DNA of 64,000 nucleotides from Antedon mediterranea (taxonomy: Eukaryota; Animalia; Echinodermata), in the NCBI RefSeq assembly GCF_964355755.1, contig NC_092672.1, positions 17,001,237 through 17,065,236 on the forward strand, read 5' to 3'. This document shows positions 51,289 to 63,738 of this stretch, piece after piece (position 1 is the first letter of the stretch; every line of letters begins with the position of its first letter). The position numbers were made by a program, and so were the translations under genes. Below the pieces are notes generated by a model. The model saw only the letters and a program-made list of their open reading frames with translations. It was not told the origin of the DNA and searched no databases.

Positions 51289-52090
51289 CAAAGAATATTA
51301 TATCACAAGAATGAGAAATCCGTGATTTTCCATGTAACAGTAATTTGTCCATGTGGTAGGGGGCCGCCATAAGTGAGGATGTATCTGGGATGTATACAAC
51401 TTTTCATGATAAAAAAATGTTATCAACTAGATGCCAACATTATGTTAAATGCTATTTGGATATTTAATTGTTCGTTTTATGCAATTTATTTAGTAAAAAC
51501 TGCCGTATAAACAGTTTGCTTTATCAACCGGGCGCTACGATAGCGTGACCGGGCGTGTTGGTGTTTACGCGTTTTCACGAAGGATAGTTTAATAATATTC
51601 CTATATTTAACTTGTTTCTGGTAAAACAAATACATGTTAATGACATTTAACATTTTATCCTATTAATAACATGTATTTTATACTAATTTGTATCATAAAA
51701 ACAATACTTAATTTACCGGGCGTAGAGTACTACGCGGCAATGATAAGAATAGACCGTGCTGAGTAAGGATTCGTTGATTTTTGGTGTTGCTGTGTTAGGC
51801 CTTTTTTTGTGAACGAATTTAGCATGTTAGTAAATAATTGTCTGTAAATAAAGTGAATGTACACTAGTTTTTTTAATAAATATGTATTATAAAATATATT
51901 ACAATTGCAAAATATATTATCATAATTCTATTTAATGTGACATGTATAATACGGTATCTATTAAATCAAGTCTTATTTAGTATGTATACATCCCCCCTTA
52001 TGAGGGCGGACATCACTCTCTGGAGCTCTCTGTTACAAATATCTCATGAAAAAATCGCGGAATACTCATTCTTGTGATATATATTCTTTG
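51289..52090. mobile_element. Non-autonomous DNA transposon (P-element-like MITE), ~45-bp TIRs, 7-bp TSD ATAACGT
   Basis: Left end CAAAGAATATTATATCACAAGAATGAG, right end CTCATTCTTGTGATATATATTCTTTG; ATAACGT at 51282-51288 and 52091-52097. Confidence 0.85.
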
Positions 52091-53047
52091 ATAACGTTTA
52101 CTGAACCGCGCGGAAGATTTTTTCGAGCGGGCGGTATCAAACAATCATTTATTTAATGTGTTTTCAATAGTTAAAAGATAACACTTATTTTATGTAAAAT
52201 ATTATTACGCCCTTAATGTATTACTTTTTAGCTATATCTATTTTAAAATGTAATATTGATTATAACGTGGAATACATTTGCACTTTGGTGCAATTGTATT
52301 CGACAATTAAAGTTTATATGTAACCGGTTTTCTGTGCATGTCTTCGAATAGAGTTTTTATCCGCATTCAGTAGTCGTCCTAAATTCTGCACACAGGATGA
52401 CAGAGCCATGAACACACACACACACGCACGCGCACACGCACCCACACACAAGAAATGAATAAATAAAAAGAAACAAACGTGATGTAACTTTTTAAATTTT
52501 TTTATTTGTTAAAACGATTTCCGAGTTAACGACATTTAAATTCATAAACAATAAATACAGTACAATAATATATTGAAATTCTATCAATAAATAAAACATT
52601 AAACAAACTGAAATTTCAGTCAACCGTGATGCTGTATGTACATAACAATATGCACCACTAGCAGCAGATATTACAAAAGTATGGATTCACGTACAACGAA
52701 CTAGGTTAACATCCACAAACAAATATATTATACATATGTATATTTTTCCTGCTTTATAACTAACCATTTCTGCTTTGTACCCCAAAGCGTTTGGAAGTGT
52801 GCCTTTATAACTATGCCTTTTCATATTTGATGATTTTCTTCACCTGATGATCGGCTATGCCCGAAACATAAACTTATATATTGAGGCAGTTTTAACTGAT
52901 TTGATCTTGATTTTTTTTTTCTATGTCCTGCCTATGATTTAGGTCTATAGGCCTATATATATTTAGTTAAAAATTTATACTTGTACAACTAATGATGAAA
53001 GGTATTATTTAATTAAACCAACAAAAGACAAATTATTGACAATGAAA

Positions 53048-55594
53048 CTATTTTCTTTTCAATACGCGCATGACAGTACCACTAGAAAAAACCGTTATAT
53101 CAAAAATGTTATTTTTGAATGGTAGAGTTGTCTCCACCATTCCTAAATTTTCGCTGCAGATAGTAAATACGTCATTGACGTAATCTTCAAAGAATAGATT
53201 TTGGAACACAATAACGCGTTTGCATCTATTCAAATACCTCATTATGGTTTGTTTGTCTTTTGTTGGCTTCATTCTGATATACGTGAAGCCATTCCATTTT
53301 AATATATCTGCTACTTTTGCCGTGTCACTGTTATGTACAGCAGAGCACGACGAAGCTATCAGGTAGTCTATATTGCTGTTGTTGTCGTTTTCGGAATCAA
53401 AGGCGTACGTTTCCTTAAAAGGCAGAAGTGTGCTTTGCCTGTGAAAGAAAACATGACGTAAATAAAAAATAATGATTTTCGGGTTTTTGGGGAGCATTTT
53501 CCTGCATGAACAAGAATAATAGTTGGTGAACCTACCATGAAAACACGCCTCTGGTTCGTTGAGGGCGTTTACAACGACCCGTCGAATGTAACGGTTGTTG
53601 CTGTGTTGATTCTATATGAAATCAAATATATATAATATTATATTATAACAATCATATGAGCAGCGTTAAATAGTATCGTTCGCCAACAATGCATTTACTT
53701 TAATTTACCTTTGTCCACGGTTTCTTCTTCTTTCGGGTTGAACGGGTGCTCTTCCGAGGGAACTCTTACGAATGTACTATGAATAAATTATATATATGTA
53801 TATATGAATCGAATAAATAAACAAAAATGTAATGTCAAGAGAAGAAAAAATACTTACGGCATTATTGGTATTCTTGTTACTGAAATTATAAAAAAAAAAA
53901 GAAGAAAAACTGGTTTTATTATACAACTAATAGTACGTGGTGCTGGTGCTAGTTTGCAACCAATTAAAACATATACAAGGCTTCTCGGAGAAGGATTTAC
54001 TACTGGATGTGTTCAGGGTACACATCTGATTCGTGCCCTCTTTGAATATTTATTTATGCCAATGAGCATCAAGTTTTTCAGTATGAATCATATCTATCTA
54101 AATATCTATATTATAAGTAAGAGACAAACAAACAAACAGACAGACGTACAAACTCTCTCACTTATAATATAGATATATAACGTTAGTATTGTATTTACCT
54201 TTAACACTATCTTTCCATTGTGAAACATTCTGAACTGATGTTCGTTGTACTAAAACCAAATTTAAAAAAAAAAAAAAAGTTGACAAACCACAATCATTGT
54301 CATTATGCGCTGCATAACACGGTAAAAAGGGTTACTAATTGGATACATGCAAACAAGCTATCACTAAATATGCTAAAAAACAATTTTATGTTGTTTAGTA
54401 ACAAATAATATAGTATGTTACCAAAAGATATTATTTTCAACAATGTTCCTATTAATCAAATAACCAACACAAAATTTCTTGGTATATTTATTGACGACAG
54501 ACTTGACTGGAAAGCCCATGTTAATTACCTTTGCAAATTATTATCAAAAAAAATGTTGGCATGATGTATAAATTGAAATCAATATTTCCTCAAAAAGTAT
54601 TAAATATTTTATATTCTACTCTTATTTTATCGTACTTAAATTATGGTGTTCTTGCTTGGGGAAATGCTTCAAAATCAATTATTACTAAAATTTTATTAAT
54701 CCAGAAACGAGCTGTCAGAATTATCTCAGGGGTAATTTTTCGTGCTCACACCCAAGATCTCTTTCAAAAAAAAAATAAAATATTAAAAATTGAGGATCTC
54801 TATAGATTTAATGTTGGTGTCATCATGTTTCAATTAACCGCCCGACACCTATAATATCCAGTAAATTCACTTAAAATAAACAATACCACACTCACCAAAC
54901 AAGACAAAAAGATTAGTATCACCTGCCATTTACTCGAACTAAAATGAATACCCTTGTATACACTGGACCTAAACTCTGGAATTCTCTTCCTTTATCTCTT
55001 AAAAAAATCTCATAACTGTGCTTTATTTAAACGTCAATTTAAACTATTATTGGTTGAAGGTTCTTTGTAAATTCTTTTATTATTGATGTATTTGATATTT
55101 CTTAAATAATTTATATAATCTATTTTTTACTTGTTTTTTTTTTTAGTTTTAAACATGTTAAACTTATGTGTTAGAGAAAAGATATTAGTTTAATTGTTGT
55201 TATTTTTTTTTTGGAGTTTCTAATTGTGTTATAATATTATTTCTATTTTATTTGTTTTGTTTTGAGGAGCCTATTCACAACAAGCTTTGCTTTCTTTTAG
55301 GCTCCTCCACTTTATATTTATATATTTGTAAAGTGAAATAAATAAATGAAATGAAATGAAAAGATATATTACAATATTCTTGATAATATCGAATCATGCC
55401 CTTGTAAAACTATGGTAACATTATTTCTTCTTGATAAAACAAAAACAACAAAACTAGTGACACTATAGAAATAATATTACGTTGCTAAATCAAACAATAC
55501 ACATTTATGAATTACCTTCAACATCGTCAGTCCACCACGGAGTCATCCACATTGTATGTTCTTGCACTTTACACTTAGCTGTTTGCTGAGACAT
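53048..55594 (-). CDS. Six-exon orphan gene, 228 aa: complement(join(53048..53438,53536..53611,53709..53776,53858..53879,54199..54249,55516..55594))
   Basis: All five introns are GT..AG with pyrimidine-rich acceptors. Exon lengths 79+51+22+68+76+391=687 nt splice in phase from ATG to stop with no internal stop (MSQQTAKCKVQEHTMWMTPWW...SWQSTLLPFKETYAFD...RVLKRK). Confidence 0.78.
54104..54174. repeat. 71-bp hairpin/mini-MITE in intron 2
   Basis: ATCTATATTATAAGT...ACTTATAATATAGAT inverted arms around an (ACAA/ACAG)n core. Confidence 0.65.
54320..55361 (+). mobile_element. Decayed 5'-truncated CR1/L2-like LINE inside intron 1 of the six-exon gene
   Basis: Frameshifted RT C-terminus (WIHANKLSLN, KFLGIFID, LYSTLILSYLNYGVLAWG, QKRAVRII, GPKLWN), 3' hairpin GAGGAGCCT..AGGCTCCTC and (GAAAT)n tail. 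Confidence 0.88.
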
Positions 55595-55607
55595 TATTAG
55601 TTAGTAT

Positions 55608-55688
55608 ATACTGCTTCACTGAAATGTGTGTAGGATACTGCTTCACTGAAGTGTGTGTAGGATACTGCTTCACTGAAGTGTGTGTAGG
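55608..55688. repeat. 3 x 27-bp tandem repeat with palindrome CTTCAcTGAAG in a divergent promoter gap
   Basis: ATACTGCTTCACTGAAGTGTGTGTAGG x3. Confidence 0.9.
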
Positions 55689-55901
55689 CTATATATACTG
55701 CTAGCAAAGTGAATTATGTGTGTATACAATTGAATCGTTGGCATTGAACGTTTCTAAATAAAAGACTTCCTTGCGAATTGAAAAGACGATGACCTTCAAA
55801 AGTTTATGCATAATTAATAGGCATGAGTATTATCTCCTGGTAAGTTGTACACTGTCTAATCGATGTCCACCTTGGAAAATATCAACGTATGTGATTGTGA
55901 A

Positions 55902-55908
55902 TATATAA
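55902..55908 (+). promoter_or_regulatory. Putative TATA box of the helicase gene
   Basis: TATATAA ~55 bp upstream of ATG 55962. Confidence 0.45.
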
Positions 55909-55961
55909 GAGGCAAGATTGTGTATTTTTAATGTTTAGTTAAAGTCGCGCGGTTGTTGAAA

Positions 55962-58900
55962 ATGAGTAAATCTGAGAGTACAGCCGATGATCTACTGCCA
56001 TGTGAATTATGGCCGGGCAGTCGAATTACGGACGATATTGTGTTTGGTGAACCCATGCACATCATGTGCGTCGAGTTGAAATCGTTTGAAATACCGACAA
56101 ACTCGCTGCGCAATTGCTCCCCGCATACGTACATAATGATGATGGTGTTGTTGAGAAAAGCGTTACAGTTGCACTGCAACGATGAACAGCACGCACTGGT
56201 GTGCTCTCTTATTGAACCTAGTCGCATCGTGGATGAAACGGTTCGGGGTAAGGTGTCGTGCGGTTACGTGTTCTGGTTGATCTTCCCACGACGTTTGCAC
56301 AAAATGTTACAGTACGTTGTCAAGTCCATACTGTTGATAAACAACGGATACCTGCCAGCATGGGACACAACATTCTTGACAGACGTCCGATGCGAAATGT
56401 TTTCCGACAACGATCTTGATGATGATGATGATGATGATGACGACGATGATGATGATAATGAACCGAAACGTAAAAAGACAAAACGTAAACGAAACGATTC
56501 AGCAACGGCGACAATAAAATATGCATTTAAACATTTCGATTGCCGATTGGGTCGTGGAACGTCGCAAATGAAACGAACCAAGATAAATAGCTATGTTCCA
56601 CACGTGACAGTGCTCGGGGATTTTGAAAGAAGCATTGAAAAATATTTCTGTTTAGACATACCGAAAATCGAAGGCAATCGATTGCCCCCGACTGTTAGAG
56701 AACAAGATACAGCAGAGGCGTGGCAAAAGCGCGCAGATCTGTTTACACCAAAGACTCTTTTTTCGTCATCTAGACGTGCAACTCATCGACGTGAGCTGAC
56801 ACGTTTGATTGCAAATGAATCGAGTAATGCGCTAACTCTCGATCAGTTGATGACAATTGCCGACAAAGAATTGAATCTACCTCCGACTCTTAAACTGTCT
56901 TTGCAACAGATTGATCCGAGAGTTATAATGAACGAAGGCGATAGTCGTTGTGTAAGCTTCCAACATATGAAAGCGTGGATATTGGAACCTCACATGTACG
57001 AGGCGAATTATTTTTTGAAAAGACACTTTCCTGCACTTGAAAGTGATACGAACATTGGTAATACAAAATTGTTTGTTCACGCTATGCGCGATGATGCAGC
57101 GCAATTGGACGAAGACAAAATTTCGGCAATCGGAAAACTGTATGTAACCAACCAGAATCAGAACGAAGTGACCATAGACTCGAGGTACGTATTTTATAAT
57201 CATCATCATCATCATCATCATCATCACCACAACACAAATTGTAGTGTGCGTGTTTTACTTTTGATTTATAATTGTTTTCGTTTTGTTTTTTGTTTTTTTT
57301 TTTTTTCTTAATAGGCATTTATACGGTGAAAAATACACGGCAAAGAATCCGGGCATAGTGATGATGAGAAAGATTTTTCACAATTTGCAATTGACTCCGG
57401 AAAGATACCGTGACAAGACTGTCGGCAAAATTTTCTTTGACATGTACACGCAAGTGCATATGGGAAGACACGTGCAAATGAGCGAAGTAATAACGCAATC
57501 GTATGCCGATATGTGGGATACCGAGATGAAGGGTTGGTGTATGAACGCGTCTAGACACAGTGACGGCAGTTTTGTTCCATTCGTATACGAAGAGGAAACT
57601 GACGTGAAAATATCGATAGGTTATCGATATCTTTTGAACATGGTGGCTCTGATAGGTAATGTGGCCGGTGTGTCTAACGCTAAAGGTGAACTTTTGTACA
57701 TTTTACTGTCGGCTATACGTATCGTATGCCCACACGATGCGATGGCCATGCACGCCATTCTGGTTGGACCTCCCGGTACGGGTAAAACGTCTGTGATGGT
57801 AGCCGCTAAATCTGTAATCGGTAACGCTTACTCAGACGACGTTACTTACCGAACACAGAAAGCCGTGCTCGTCGATAATGAGCGAAAGTACAAAAATTCA
57901 AAAAAAATACGCTTCATGAACGAATTTGTGCCACCGTCGTCTGGATCTAAAAGCGATAAGAATCCGTTGTCAATTGAAAGCAGTCAAGAAGCGGCAATAA
58001 TGAAAGAGGAACTCGATTCCGGCTGTACGCGCACCGAACGAACCGAGAAGGTAACGGATCCGAACACGGGAACCACTCGACACGGTGTTCGAACCGTAAT
58101 CAACGTTTGCGATAATGCCACCATAATGGCCATGAACGAAAAAAACTTGTGTAACTCGTTAAACGAACGAGTTGTCACTTTTGACGTGGCACCCAGTGGT
58201 GTTGTCAACGTGCCCAAGAAAATGGAGGGATACGAGAAGGAATTGGATCGTTTAAAAATTCGAACGCAATTCGGCGCTCTGCGCCACAAAGTAATGGAAC
58301 ATGTACGGTTGGCAGAGTGCGGTCTGTATCCACGTCGATCGGAAGGAGATTCGTACAAAGACGATCGTATGCTACTGTTGACTTGCGATAGAATATCTGT
58401 CGAATTGGAAAGGCAAGGAGTCCGATTCGGATTCGCCACAGAAACTAGAACCATCAATAAACTCATCGACCTGGCACGTTTGTGCGCCTTTCACAATGCA
58501 GTGATTCAAGTGAACGGCTGTCCGTTACAAAGTCTGCACGCCAATACACCTCGATTACCGAACGAGAACACTTGTTGTCTCAATTCAAGAATCATAGCCA
58601 AACATCAACGGTGGCTGATGCAACAGGACATGAAGCGACTACACGACATGGTAATGTCCGAGGCGCAGCCGGATCCTGCTGATATTTTGTTTGCATTTTC
58701 GTTAATGTGTCCGATGCCACAGAACGAACTGATAATCGTGAGAACGATAGCGGATCAGTTGATTGATCCTTCTCATGATCCCGTTCATCGAGATGGTGAA
58801 ACTTACTTTGAATTGACGTGCAGGAGCGAAGAGGCGCTTCTGTCCATTTTAGAGCGCAAAACGGGTGTTGCTCGCAAACAATGTAAGGAAATATTGTTGG

Positions 58901-60321
58901 CTATGCACAGTGGACGGAGTAAGTTGTTTCGAAAAATGGACGATAACGGACAAAAACAGCTTCTGTTCAAATGTAGCGAGGCAACGGAAGCTCATCTTTC
59001 GTCACATGCAAACGAGTACCGTGAAATATCGGACGTGATGATGGCAGGAATGTGCAATGCAAAACAGTACAGGGGAAAACATTACATATACGTTATGCTC
59101 AATGGAAAACTTACACAAGCCGCACGCTTCTTGTCTCATTTGCCCGTCTTCGCTCGACATATGTACTGGGGCCAGTCAAACTCTCAAGATCCCAAATCCA
59201 GCATCAATTATCTAGGATCGGTGCCGAAAAAGTTTACCAACGAAGAAAGATACTGGATAAAAATAAATTTAGATTTTCACGAGACCCGACTGGCGTACGT
59301 TAGGAAACTCGCAATCCAATCGTGTGTGACTGGAGACTGCGACGAAAACGGATCAATTGCGGTCGGTGTTGACGTGAAAGAGATTGCCGACAGTTTAAGG
59401 GTGTTGAAATGCAGATCATATGACGGTAGCAGAGATAGACTACCGATGCCACCGCCGGTGATGAACAACGATCACACGTGCAGATTGGTATTGGAAACGT
59501 CGAACGCTCGAGCCTTTATGGTACACGTTAGCGTCTTTTTGCCACAACATAGACGTTTGAAAAAAATACTCGAATTGTGCACAAAGGTTGTGCTCGAAGA
59601 TAAAAACGCGTGCCGAGGTAATCGAATACGCGTTCTGGTAAATGACGAGTTCGAGGCGGATGAGCTGAGAAACGGTGTGAATTTGCTAACAAACGACTTG
59701 AGACACTTGATCAATTCTTCTTCGATCATCTCGGAAACACCACCACCGAACGTATTCTTTCACGTAAATCTGTTGACGTTGAATTCATTGGAAGACGCGT
59801 GTAAGCATTACAAAGTGAAAGCCGGCGAATCAATGATCAAGAGTGTATTGGAAAAGTGCGTGTTTAAAAATATGACTGAACGTAAAACCATCATGTACGT
59901 GGATCGTAGTACAAGAGATGTGTTTCAGACGTTAGACATTCAGCAATTGGCCGAAAAGAACGGCGGTAGTCTACCGGTACACAAGTGTAAAAATCCGTAT
60001 CTGACACAAACGCTTCGAAATCCAACAACCGAGGTAGTAGATCGTGATAGATTAAGATTCAAGTTAGAAGAACCGCAATTTCTTGAAGCCGAACCGTCGC
60101 ACGTTCAACGACGAAAAGCATGGATTAGAATGTTGTCCGATGGTACGGAGATTAAACTGAGAGAACGATTTGGACACGACGTGGACACTTATTTACGCCA
60201 CATAAGACTCGTAGAAGATGCAATTATAGAAAAGGACAAACTGCACGCATTCAGACCACTGGTTTACAAGACTGGTGAAAAGAAACTTTCACCGTGTACG
60301 TGCTCAAAACAAACGTTATGA
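55962..60321 (+). CDS. Large spliced MCM-like AAA+ ATPase/helicase, join(55962..57184,57315..60321), 1409 aa
   Basis: A 130-bp GTACGT...TTCTTAATAG intron joins the two long ORFs in frame (IDSR|HLYGEK). Motifs: Walker A ILVGPPGTGKT, Walker B IRFMNEF, AIMKEELDSG, sensor-1 TIMAMN, Arg finger SLNER, sensor-2-like ETRTINKLIDLA, in MCM order; NLS PKRKKTKRKR. Confidence 0.85.
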
Positions 60322-60679
60322 ACTAATAATATGTAAATATGTATATATAAAAAAAAAAAAATGATTTCATACCATACCCCCGTGCATTCATATTATGTTT
60401 ATGGTCTTATATAAATTACATTGTATACGTGTGAGTTTTTTTTTTATATATATTTTGTGTGTGTGTGTTGCCAATAAAACGAATGAAATTTAGCCGTCTC
60501 GTTCTCTGTTTTAATCATTACACATGCAAGAATACCATTGATAAACGCGCACTTTATAATGATTATGTACAGATAGTATGTTTACTGAAAGAAATAACAT
60601 CGCGTAATTATTATACACTTCTCATCGAATAAAATAAAAATGTATACTACCGATTCTAGGAAAAATTTTCCGATAAAGC

Positions 60680-60955
60680 GCCGCGCTGTTATCATGATGG
60701 TCTACCTGAATGCTTAACAATGAAGCGCGCTGATTATCATGATGGTCTTCCTGAATGCTTAACAATGAAGCGCGCTGTTATCATGATGGTCTACCTGAAT
60801 GCTTAACAATGAAGCGCGCTGATTATCATGATGGTCTTCCTGAATGCTTAACAATGAAGCGCGCTGTTATCATGATGGTCTACCTGAATGCTTAACAATG
60901 AAGCGCGCTGTTATCATGATGGTCTACCTGAATGCTTAACAATGAAGCGCGCTGT
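60680..60955. repeat. 44/45-bp minisatellite, ~5 copies plus partial
   Basis: GCGCGCTG(A)TTATCATGATGGTCT(A/T)CCTGAATGCTTAACAATGAA repeated. Confidence 0.93.
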
Positions 60956-61035
60956 TGTTATCATTGACTTGAAGTTATATTTTCATTTAAAAAAACAAAC
61001 GAAAAAAAAAAAAAACATTCCTCTAAGAAAATGAT

Positions 61036-63707
61036 GAGACTCAAGAACTAACCATTCAGCTGGCTTACAATCTATCGATACCATAACAGTATTAGTAATT
61101 TATCAAAAACTATATAGGGGCGCAATATCGGTAAATATAGAATCTAGGATTGGATTTACGACTAGGCGCGTAGAGGAAGCTTGTTCAAATTGTTAGTATA
61201 CCAAAATGATTATATATCAAAACGAATTACTCTATCACACATATTCGGGATAACAATTAAAAATATTTCTTTAAAGCTTTGTGACCGGTTCCGGTGACCG
61301 GTGTATACACTGACCGACGGTGATACAGACACACGACTAGGCGCGTAGAGGCAGCTGGTTGAAATTGTTAGTATACCAAATGATTATATATCGAAACGAA
61401 TGATAGAATCGATGGAGATGAAATTCATAAAATACGCTTAATATATTAAACTATAATAATAATAATAATACACATTAAACATATTTCTTTAAAAAATTAA
61501 TTGACCCTGACTCTTTGGGACCGGTGTATACATTTACCGACGGTGTCGCTTATATCCATCATATTGCCGAGACGGTTTTATTGAAACACTAAAGTAACTA
61601 ACGATGGAATTACACCCGTTTGTGTATTTCATGATCATCATGCGAAAACTCTACGCAAATTAAACAGGGTAGGAGGAAGAGGAGGCACGATATATTCAAT
61701 ACGAGTTTAAAAGCGCGCACCACACATACACATCAGTGTAATCGACAATCATTCATCGGTTTCGTTGTTTGTTGACAAATCGCGTGTAGTTAACCTTAAC
61801 TATGGTCAATAAAGAAGATGGTGAGTAAAACAAATATTAAATATATATATATATATATATGTGTGTGTATCAAATCAATTCTCGAACCCTAGCCTAATGC
61901 TACAGCGTTACATTACGAGACTCAACAACTAACCATTCAGCTGGCTTACCATCTATCGATACCATAACATTATTAGTAATTTATCAAAAACTATATAGGG
62001 GCGCAATATCGGTAAATATAGAATCTAGGATTGGATTTATGACTAGGCGCGTAGAGGCAGCTGGTTGAAATTGTTAGTATACCAAAATGATTATATATCG
62101 AAACGAATCACTCTAACACACATATTCGGGATAACAATTAAAAATATTTCTTTAAAGCTTTGTGACCTGGTGTGTACACTGACCGACGGTGATACATGCA
62201 CACGCCCTACCCGCATTTCTATTGTAATCATCGATAAAAGCAATGCAGACCGATTATAATATTGTTACAATGCAGTGTTTTAATTTGGAAATTAAATTCC
62301 GTTTCTACATAGTCGAATCTAAATTAATAAGGAGAGAAGGAGAGGGAGAGAAACCTAAATAGAATTTAAAACATAGCATTTTGATTTTAAAATGTGATGA
62401 TAGAATCGATGGAGATGAAATTTATAAAATACGCTTAATATATTAAACTATAATAATAATAATACACATTAAACATATTTCTTAAAAAAATTAATTGACC
62501 CTGACTCTTTGGGACCGGTGTATACATTTACCGACAGTGACGCTTATTTCCATGATATTGCAGAGACGGTTTTATTGAAACACTAAAGTAACTTACGATG
62601 GAATTACACCCGTTTGTGTGTTTCATGATCATCATTCAAAAACCATACGCATAAATTATGCAGTGTAGGAGGAAGAGGAGGCACGATATATTCAATACGA
62701 ATTTAAAAGCGCGCACCACACATACACATCAGTGTAATCGACAATCATTCATCGGTTTCGTTGTTTGTTGACAAATCGCGTGTAGTTAACCTTAACTATG
62801 GTCAATAAAGAAGATGGTGAGTAAAACAAATATTAAAAAAATATATATATGTATCAAATAAATTCTCGAACCCTAGCCTAAGGCTACAGCGTTACATAAC
62901 GAGACTCAAGAACTAACCATTCAGCTGGCTTACAATCTATCAATACCCTAACAGTATTAGTAATTTATCAAAAACTATATAGGGGCGCAATATCGGTAAA
63001 TATAGAATCTATAGGATTGGATTTACGACTAGGCGCGTAGAGGAAGCTTGTTCAAATTGTTAGTATACCAAAATGATTATATATCGAAACGAATTACTCT
63101 ATCACACATATTCGGGACAACAATTAAAAATATTTCTTTAAAGCTTTGTGACCGGTTCCGGTGACCGGTGTATACACTGACCGACGGTGATACAGACACA
63201 CGACTAGGCGCGTAGAGGCAGCTGGTTGAAATTGTTAGTATACCAAATGATTATATATCGAAACGAATGATAGAATCAATGGAGATGAAATTTATAAAAT
63301 ACGCTTAATATATTAAACTATAATAATAATAATAATACACATTAAACATATTTATTAAAAAAATTAATTGACCCTGACTCTTTGGGACCGGTGTATACAT
63401 TTACCGACGGTGTCGCTTCTTTCCATCATATTGCCGAGACGGTTTTATTGAAACACTAAAGTAACTAACGATGGAATTACACCCGTTTGTGTGTTTAATG
63501 ATCATCATGCGAAAACTCTACGCAAATTAAGCAGGGTAGGAGGAAGAGGAGGCACGATATATTCAATACGAATTTAAAAGCGCGCACCACACATACACAT
63601 CAGTGTAATCGACAATCATTCATCGGTTTCGTTGTTTGTTGACAAATCGCGTGTAGTTAACCTTAACTATGGTCAATAAAGAAGATGGTGAGTAAAACAA
63701 ATATTAA

Positions 63708-63738
<31 letters not shown>

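Noticed and set aside
53804-54854. Plus-strand ORFs 53804..54172, 54220..54408 and 54531..54854 as genes
   Set aside because: The first is antisense intron sequence; the others are fragments of the decayed LINE.
57185-57314. Poly-His C-terminus of ORF 55953..57311 and Phe-rich start of ORF 57283..60321
   Set aside because: Both are read-through into the intron ((CAT)n and the polypyrimidine tract).
38133-59729. Many 60-160 aa antisense or nested ORFs
   Set aside because: Shadows of longer genes on other frames; no motifs.
37499-60321. Assignment to Polinton/adintovirus, Helitron or a named herpesvirus family
   Set aside because: No protein-primed PolB, integrase, Rep/HUH, capsid or terminase gene is visible in this window.
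60680-60955. Possible CRISPR array
   Set aside because: Head-to-tail repeats with no unique spacers, no cas genes, eukaryotic context.
62065-62259. 64-aa ORF in the 0.9-kb repeat
   Set aside because: TTG start and frame not preserved in sibling units.
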